Shown here: in pieces, positions 34,230 through 36,409 of the stretch
Position numbering within the stretch: position 1 is the stretch's first letter
Layout: every line of letters begins with the position of its first letter
Source: a virus
Taxonomy: Duplodnaviria; Caudoviricetes
Length of the DNA stretch: 36,409 nt
Strand: one strand, 5' to 3'
Virus record (IMG/VR): IMGVR_UViG_3300014208_000318
Location: 1-36,409 of that record
Notes under the pieces: generated by a model
Databases searched by the model: none
The model's input: the letters and a program-made list of their open reading frames with translations, nothing else
Told to the model about the DNA's origin: nothing
Made by a program: the position numbers and the translations under genes

Positions 34230-34751
34230 ATGGAAGTAAAGCGAAGCCGAGAGGACGAAAACGCACAGCTCTCGCTGCTGCCAGCCCATCAACCAGGTGG
34301 GGTGGGGGCTCGGCAAGGCACCCAGGGCCTCCCGGCTGGGGGGGGTGGGTACCTGGATGTCTGCACGGTTCTGGATTTTCAAAAAAAACCGGAGGACTCA
34401 AAAAAAACCGGGCCGGCGGGGGACCCACGGCTAGACGATCTGCGCCGCATGGGCCTCCCGCGCGTTTGGCTACGCGTGGCGGAAACGATTGGCACCGATG
34501 CCTTCCTGGCAACCTGGCGGATCCTCGACGCCGACCCATCGACCTGGCACAACGAGACCATCCTGCGGATCCGCCTGCGCCCGTACCGGTCCTATCTGCG
34601 CTACCAGCGCAATCGCTACATCGAGGCGCTCACCGCCCAGGGGCTCAAGCCCGACGAGATACAGCGCCGCCTGCAGCGGCAGCTTGGTGAAACCGTGAGC
34701 CATCGCCACATAACGCGACTGGGCAAGGGCGATAGACTGAATCAAGCATGA
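34230..34751 (+). CDS. Putative Mor/C-like late transcription activator (start uncertain)
   Basis: 'VAETIG.DAFL..W..QRNRYI..L..G....EI..S.RHI.R' resembles the Mor dimerisation + HTH layout. Confidence 0.45.
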   Translation: MEVKRSREDENAQLSLLPAHQPGGVGARQGTQGLPAGGGGYLDVCTVLDFQKKPEDSKKTGPAGDPRLDDLRRMGLPRVWLRVAETIGTDAFLATWRILDADPSTWHNETILRIRLRPYRSYLRYQRNRYIEALTAQGLKPDEIQRRLQRQLGETVSHRHITRLGKGDRLNQA

Positions 34752-36328
34752 ACCAGGCACCGACAGCGATCATTTACGCACGGGTCTCGTCCGTTCGGCA
34801 GGCCGACGACGGGCTCCCGATCGCCAGCCAGATCGAGCAGGCGCAAAACAAGGCTGATCAACTTGGCGCCCGGGTGCTGCGGGTGTTCCGTGACGATGGC
34901 ATTTCCGGCAGAACGTCGCGCCGCCCGGCATTTCAGGACGCCGTCGCCTATTGCGCGACAATGAAGGTGAATCTATTCATCGTATGGAGCACCAGCCGCT
35001 TCGCCAGGAACAAACTCGACGCCGCGAACTTCAAGCTCGAGCTGAAGCGCTACGGGACGCGCCTCGTCTATGTCACCAGCGACTTCGACGTAGACACGGA
35101 CGATGGTTGGTTCCTGGATGGCATCTTCGAGCTGGTCGACGAGCGCTACAGCCGCCAGATCGGCACCGACACCAAGCGCAGCATGATGAAAAACGCCAGG
35201 GACGGCTTTACCAATGGCGGCCGTGTGCCATTCGGTTACCAGGCCGTCCAGGAGGGCAAGCGCAAGCGCCTGAAGCCGCAAGACGACGAGGCCGGCGTGG
35301 TGCGGCACATGTTCGCCATGTACCTGCAGGGGCACGGCACGAAATCGATATCGATGGCGCTCAATGCGGCATCGCGGTTGAAGCGCGGCACCAAGTGGAA
35401 CAAGAACACCGTCAATTACATTATCAAGAACCCGGTCTATGCCGGATTTACCGTCTTCAACCGCAGGGATCACCAGGCCAAGGTGACGCGGCCCGAGTCG
35501 CAATGGGTGAAGACGCGCAGCCACGAGGGAATCATCAGTGAGGAGGACTTCATGACCGTCGCCAACATCATGGAAAAACGCGCACCGCGCGAAAACGGAG
35601 GTTCGCCGCACAGCAATTTTGTCTTCACGGGCCTGCTGCGCTGTGGCCAGTGCGGGGCGTCGATGCAGACCGAGAGCGCCACCGGCCGAAGCGCCACGTA
35701 TCACTACTACAACTGCCGATCCGCCCTCAAGGGACAGGGGTGCCACAACAGGCGGATTCCGGCGCAGGAGTTCGATGCCTGGGTGATCGGCGCCATCCTC
35801 GACAAGGTGCTCACCCGTGACCGCATTGCTGAGATGGTGCGCGAGGTGTACGAACTGCGCGGTGAGTGGTACCTAGCTCGGGCCCGCCGGCGCGACGAGA
35901 TCGTGGCGGAATTGCGGACTATCGAAGGCAAGCGCGGCAAGCTATTCGAACTGCTCGAGCTCCACGGGAAGGATGCGCCGAACCTGGGCGACCTCACCAA
36001 GCGGCTGCGCTCGCACAAGGCGCGCCTCGAGGAGCTGGAGGGCGCGCTGATGGCCCTCGAGGACGATGAGGCGCCGGCGACAGACATAAACGAACGCGAA
36101 ATTGACGAAGCCAGTGCGATGATGCGAGAGATCATCGCCACCACAGAGGACCCCGTGAAACTGCGGACCTTCTTCAGCGGATTCGTGGAGCGGATCGTGG
36201 TGGAGGGCAGTACCGTCCGGGTGGAGTACTTCCCGGAGAAGATACTAAAACCGGCCCATATAGGGCCGGTTCATAGCGAGATTGGATGGCTCCTCGACCT
36301 GGGCTCGAACCAGGGACCTACGGATTAA
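34748..36328 (+). CDS. Large serine recombinase (prophage integrase)
   Basis: 'YARVSS' catalytic Ser, 'SG..RPAF', 'SRFARN', recombinase domain, 'LRCGQCG..YYNC..C' zinc ribbon, coiled coil. Confidence 0.95.
   Translation: MNQAPTAIIYARVSSVRQADDGLPIASQIEQAQNKADQLGARVLRVFRDDGISGRTSRRPAFQDAVAYCATMKVNLFIVWSTSRFARNKLDAANFKLELKRYGTRLVYVTSDFDVDTDDGWFLDGIFELVDERYSRQIGTDTKRSMMKNARDGFTNGGRVPFGYQAVQEGKRKRLKPQDDEAGVVRHMFAMYLQGHGTKSISMALNAASRLKRGTKWNKNTVNYIIKNPVYAGFTVFNRRDHQAKVTRPESQWVKTRSHEGIISEEDFMTVANIMEKRAPRENGGSPHSNFVFTGLLRCGQCGASMQTESATGRSATYHYYNCRSALKGQGCHNRRIPAQEFDAWVIGAILDKVLTRDRIAEMVREVYELRGEWYLARARRRDEIVAELRTIEGKRGKLFELLELHGKDAPNLGDLTKRLRSHKARLEELEGALMALEDDEAPATDINEREIDEASAMMREIIATTEDPVKLRTFFSGFVERIVVEGSTVRVEYFPEKILKPAHIGPVHSEIGWLLDLGSNQGPTD
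36245..36271 (-). terminator. Intrinsic terminator downstream of tRNA-Asn (inside the integrase ORF)
   Basis: 9-bp stem AACCGGCCC/GGGCCGGTT (36249-36271) running into TTTT on the minus strand. Confidence 0.7.
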
Positions 36329-36362
36329 CAGTCCGGCGCTCTACCAACTGAGCTATCGAGGA
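36287..36362 (-). tRNA. tRNA-Asn (GTT), prophage attachment locus
   Basis: 76-nt cloverleaf TCCTCGATAGCTCAGTTGGTAGAGC..CTGTTAA..GGTTCGAGCC..GAGGAGCCA. Confidence 0.97.
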
Positions 36363-36378
36363 ATATCAAGAGGCGCGG

Positions 36379-36407
36379 ATTATAGCCGCCCCCCTTGGTG
36401 CTCGCAA
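36379..36407 (-). promoter_or_regulatory. Sigma70 stable-RNA promoter of tRNA-Asn
   Basis: TTGCGA (36402-36407), 17-bp spacer, TATAAT (36379-36384), then GC-rich discriminator CCGCGCC. Confidence 0.85.
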
Positions 36408-36409
36408 TA

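Larger units (their letters stand above)
1..36328. mobile_element. Prophage (siphovirus-like), right part; left end outside window, right end at tRNA-Asn
   Basis: Contiguous tail, lysis, immunity, early, replication and integrase modules ending in a tRNA gene. Confidence 0.95.

Overview
The window is the right-hand ~36 kb of a high-GC, siphovirus-type prophage that ends in a host tRNA-Asn(GTT) gene (minus strand, 36287-36362). The head and terminase genes lie outside the window to the left. From left to right it contains: (1) tail-completion genes, a holin/M15-endolysin cassette, tail tube, a G/GT chaperone pair with a -1 frameshift site, tape measure, distal tail, a LamG-type receptor-binding protein and tail-tip genes (1-15.6 kb); (2) a small lipoprotein/C93-peptidase pair and a leftward immunity block with a cI/cro switch and 17-bp operators (15.6-17.7 kb); (3) a long rightward early operon with a CII-like gene, a short tyrosine recombinase, HD hydrolase, Gp37/Gp68, two ASCH genes and an SF2 helicase; (4) a complete diversity-generating retroelement (DGR); (5) a TOPRIM primase/helicase followed by an iteron-rich putative origin, DUF1643, a second tyrosine recombinase, a Mor-like activator and a large serine recombinase whose C-terminus is encoded antisense to the tRNA. 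The highlight is the DGR (26547-29185). One 107-bp template repeat serves two tandem variable repeats, which differ from it at 6 and 12 positions, all at template adenines. The targets are two small, apparently cytoplasmic CLec/DUF1566-like proteins in the early/replication operon, not tail fibres. Both variable repeats are followed by an 8-nt-periodic ATT-initiated array instead of the usual hairpin, and the template lies inside the RT reading frame. All family assignments come from motif recognition by eye; no searches were run.
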